In this document: positions 62,585 through 64,000 of the stretch, piece by piece | Layout: every line of letters starts with the position of its first letter | How positions within the stretch are numbered: position 1 is the first letter of the stretch | Origin: an uncultured Chloroflexia bacterium | GTDB lineage: Bacteria > Chloroflexota > Limnocylindria > Limnocylindrales > CSP1-4 | Length of the DNA: 64,000 nucleotides | Direction of reading: 5' to 3' | NCBI GenBank assembly: GCA_963819655.1 | Contig: CAWFXA010000001.1 | Coordinates: 448,001-512,000 of the forward strand | Notes under the pieces: model-generated | Databases searched by the model: none | Seen by the model: the letters and a program-made list of their open reading frames with translations, nothing else | Told to the model about the DNA's origin: nothing | Made by a program: the position numbers and the translations under genes

Positions 62585-63571
62585 TCAGCGCGCGTCCACC
62601 CGATCGGACAGCTCGCTGCGGCTGGGCATCGGCATCGGCGCTTCGCACACGCGCCGCAGGACATCGCTGAATCGGGCCGTTGCGAGCCCGGTCACACTGT
62701 CGGCGGCGCCGTAGTAGAGGTACAGGAGGTCGGCATCCTCGTCGAGCGTCCAGCCACACGGGAACACGACGCGTCCCACGTCGCCTGTGATCTCGTACTG
62801 CGCTGACGGCCCGAACACCCATTCATCGGTCTGGTGCAGCACCGTGGTCGGGTCCTCGAGGTCCAACAGCGCAAGGCCCGCTCTGTAGATCGGGCCATCG
62901 GCAGTCGAGTGGACGCCGTGGTACAGGATGAGCCAGCCTTCTGTCGTCTCGAGCGGAGGGGGACCGAGGCCGATCTTGCCCGCATCCCACCAGGCTCCGT
63001 CGCGGGCCTCCAGGAGCAGCTTGTGGTCGCCCCAGTGGCGGAGATCCGGCGAGTAGGAGAGCCACATGTGAGCTCCGCCTCGCAGCGGCGACGGGCGATG
63101 GATCATCGCCCATCGTCCATCGAAGCGGCGGGGGAAGAGCGCCGCGTCCTTGTCCTCGGGCGGCATCGCCGGGCCGAGTCGACGGACGGTCCGGAAGTCT
63201 GGCGTCATGGCCAAAGAGACGAGTGGCCCACGCCGGCTGTAGGCGGTGTAGGCGATCGCCCACTCCTCGCGCTCGGGAAGCCAGGTGAGCCGCGGGTCTT
63301 CGCAGCCCCAGATCTCCTCAGGAGCTTGAGCCACGTCGGATCGCAGGAGGGGTTCCGGGTCGAATCGCCAGTCCGAGATCCCGTCGCGGCTGCGGGCGAC
63401 GTGCAGCTGGGAGATCCCGCGCATGTCCTCGACCCGGGCCAGGAGGACGGTCTCGTCGCCGACCCGGGCCGCTCCGGGGTTGAAGACCGAGTTGGCGTGA
63501 TACGGCACGTCGGCCGCGACAAGGATCGGATTCGCCGCCGATCGCTCGAAGAGCTCGCGCGGTGCGGTCAT
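62585..63571 (-). CDS. GH130 glycosidase / mannoside phosphorylase
   Basis: NPIL, VFNPGA, GCEDPR, KDAALFP, YHGV, VVFPCG and YYGAAD motifs. Confidence 0.88.
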   Translation of the reverse strand: MTAPRELFERSAANPILVAADVPYHANSVFNPGAARVGDETVLLARVEDMRGISQLHVARSRDGISDWRFDPEPLLRSDVAQAPEEIWGCEDPRLTWLPEREEWAIAYTAYSRRGPLVSLAMTPDFRTVRRLGPAMPPEDKDAALFPRRFDGRWAMIHRPSPLRGGAHMWLSYSPDLRHWGDHKLLLEARDGAWWDAGKIGLGPPPLETTEGWLILYHGVHSTADGPIYRAGLALLDLEDPTTVLHQTDEWVFGPSAQYEITGDVGRVVFPCGWTLDEDADLLYLYYGAADSVTGLATARFSDVLRRVCEAPMPMPSRSELSDRVDAR

Positions 63572-64000
63572 CGCGCGACAGCGACTGCCAGGGCTTCGGT
63601 CCGGGTGGGCGCTGCCGTAGGAACGCCGCGGATGTTCCGGATCCGTTCCAGGGCGATCAGCCACATCAAGGTCGATTCGGCTCCCTGATTCTCGTTGACA
63701 CCCTCAGGCGTGAGACCGTCGAAGCATGCGCCTCGCTGCGGGACGGCCACGGCCACATGCAGATCGTTCTCACCGAGGAACCACGCGTACGCCCGCTCCA
63801 TCGCGGCATGGTACTTGTCATCGCCGGTCGCTTCGTAGGCCGACTCGGCGGCGAGCACCAGCGCCGTCGCCTCGATCGGTTGCTGGTCGAACTTGGACTT
63901 TTCTCCGCCGCGTGGCCACCAACCGTTGCCGACCGGCGAGAGGTGACCCGCCGGGTCGGTCTGCGAGACGATGAGCCAGTCGAGGACGTCCAGGCCGGCC
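63568..64000 (-). CDS. C-terminal part of a glycosyltransferase-associated (alpha/alpha-hydrolase-like) protein; partial at window edge
   Basis: Open frame to the edge: SPVGNGWW..FDQQPIEA..WFLGEN..CFDGL...VNENQGAESTL, a type I recall beside GH130 genes. Confidence 0.75.
   Translation of the reverse strand, partial: AGLDVLDWLIVSQTDPAGHLSPVGNGWWPRGGEKSKFDQQPIEATALVLAAESAYEATGDDKYHAAMERAYAWFLGENDLHVAVAVPQRGACFDGLTPEGVNENQGAESTLMWLIALERIRNIRGVPTAAPTRTEALAVAVAR

Overview
High-GC bacterial window with no rRNA, tRNA, CRISPR array or mobile element that I could recognise. Gene style suggests a monoderm such as Chloroflexota, but that is inference. Bases 1-38,463 are a large exopolysaccharide/surface-glycan region: polysaccharide deacetylase, ATP-grasp ligase, several P-loop/kinase-like proteins, Wzz/Wzc-like protein, GalE, GT4, GT2, Wzy/O-antigen-ligase-like protein, three paralogous alginate-lyase-like secreted proteins (one under a c-di-GMP-I riboswitch), a GH99-like hydrolase, a GT-C transferase, two giant repeat-containing secreted proteins, a flippase and a phosphotransferase. 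An acyl-CoA operon interrupts this region. The rest holds an aldehyde dehydrogenase, PPK2, a two-component pair facing two tandem RND permeases, DUF853, two GGDEF-EAL proteins, pheA, PadR, a SnoaL-like cyclase and GH130. The best candidate for an undescribed system is at about 56.6-60.3 kb: a polytopic membrane GAF-GGDEF-EAL protein, a DUF5317-like membrane protein with signal-peptidase-II-like Asp motifs, a c-di-GMP-I riboswitch, and two tiny ORFs absent from the ORF track (29 and 31 aa) that both end in G-x-R-W-x. This looks like a peptide-signalling circuit wired to c-di-GMP. About nine apparent +1 frameshifts probably reflect sequence errors. All product calls come from motif recognition; no database searches were run.
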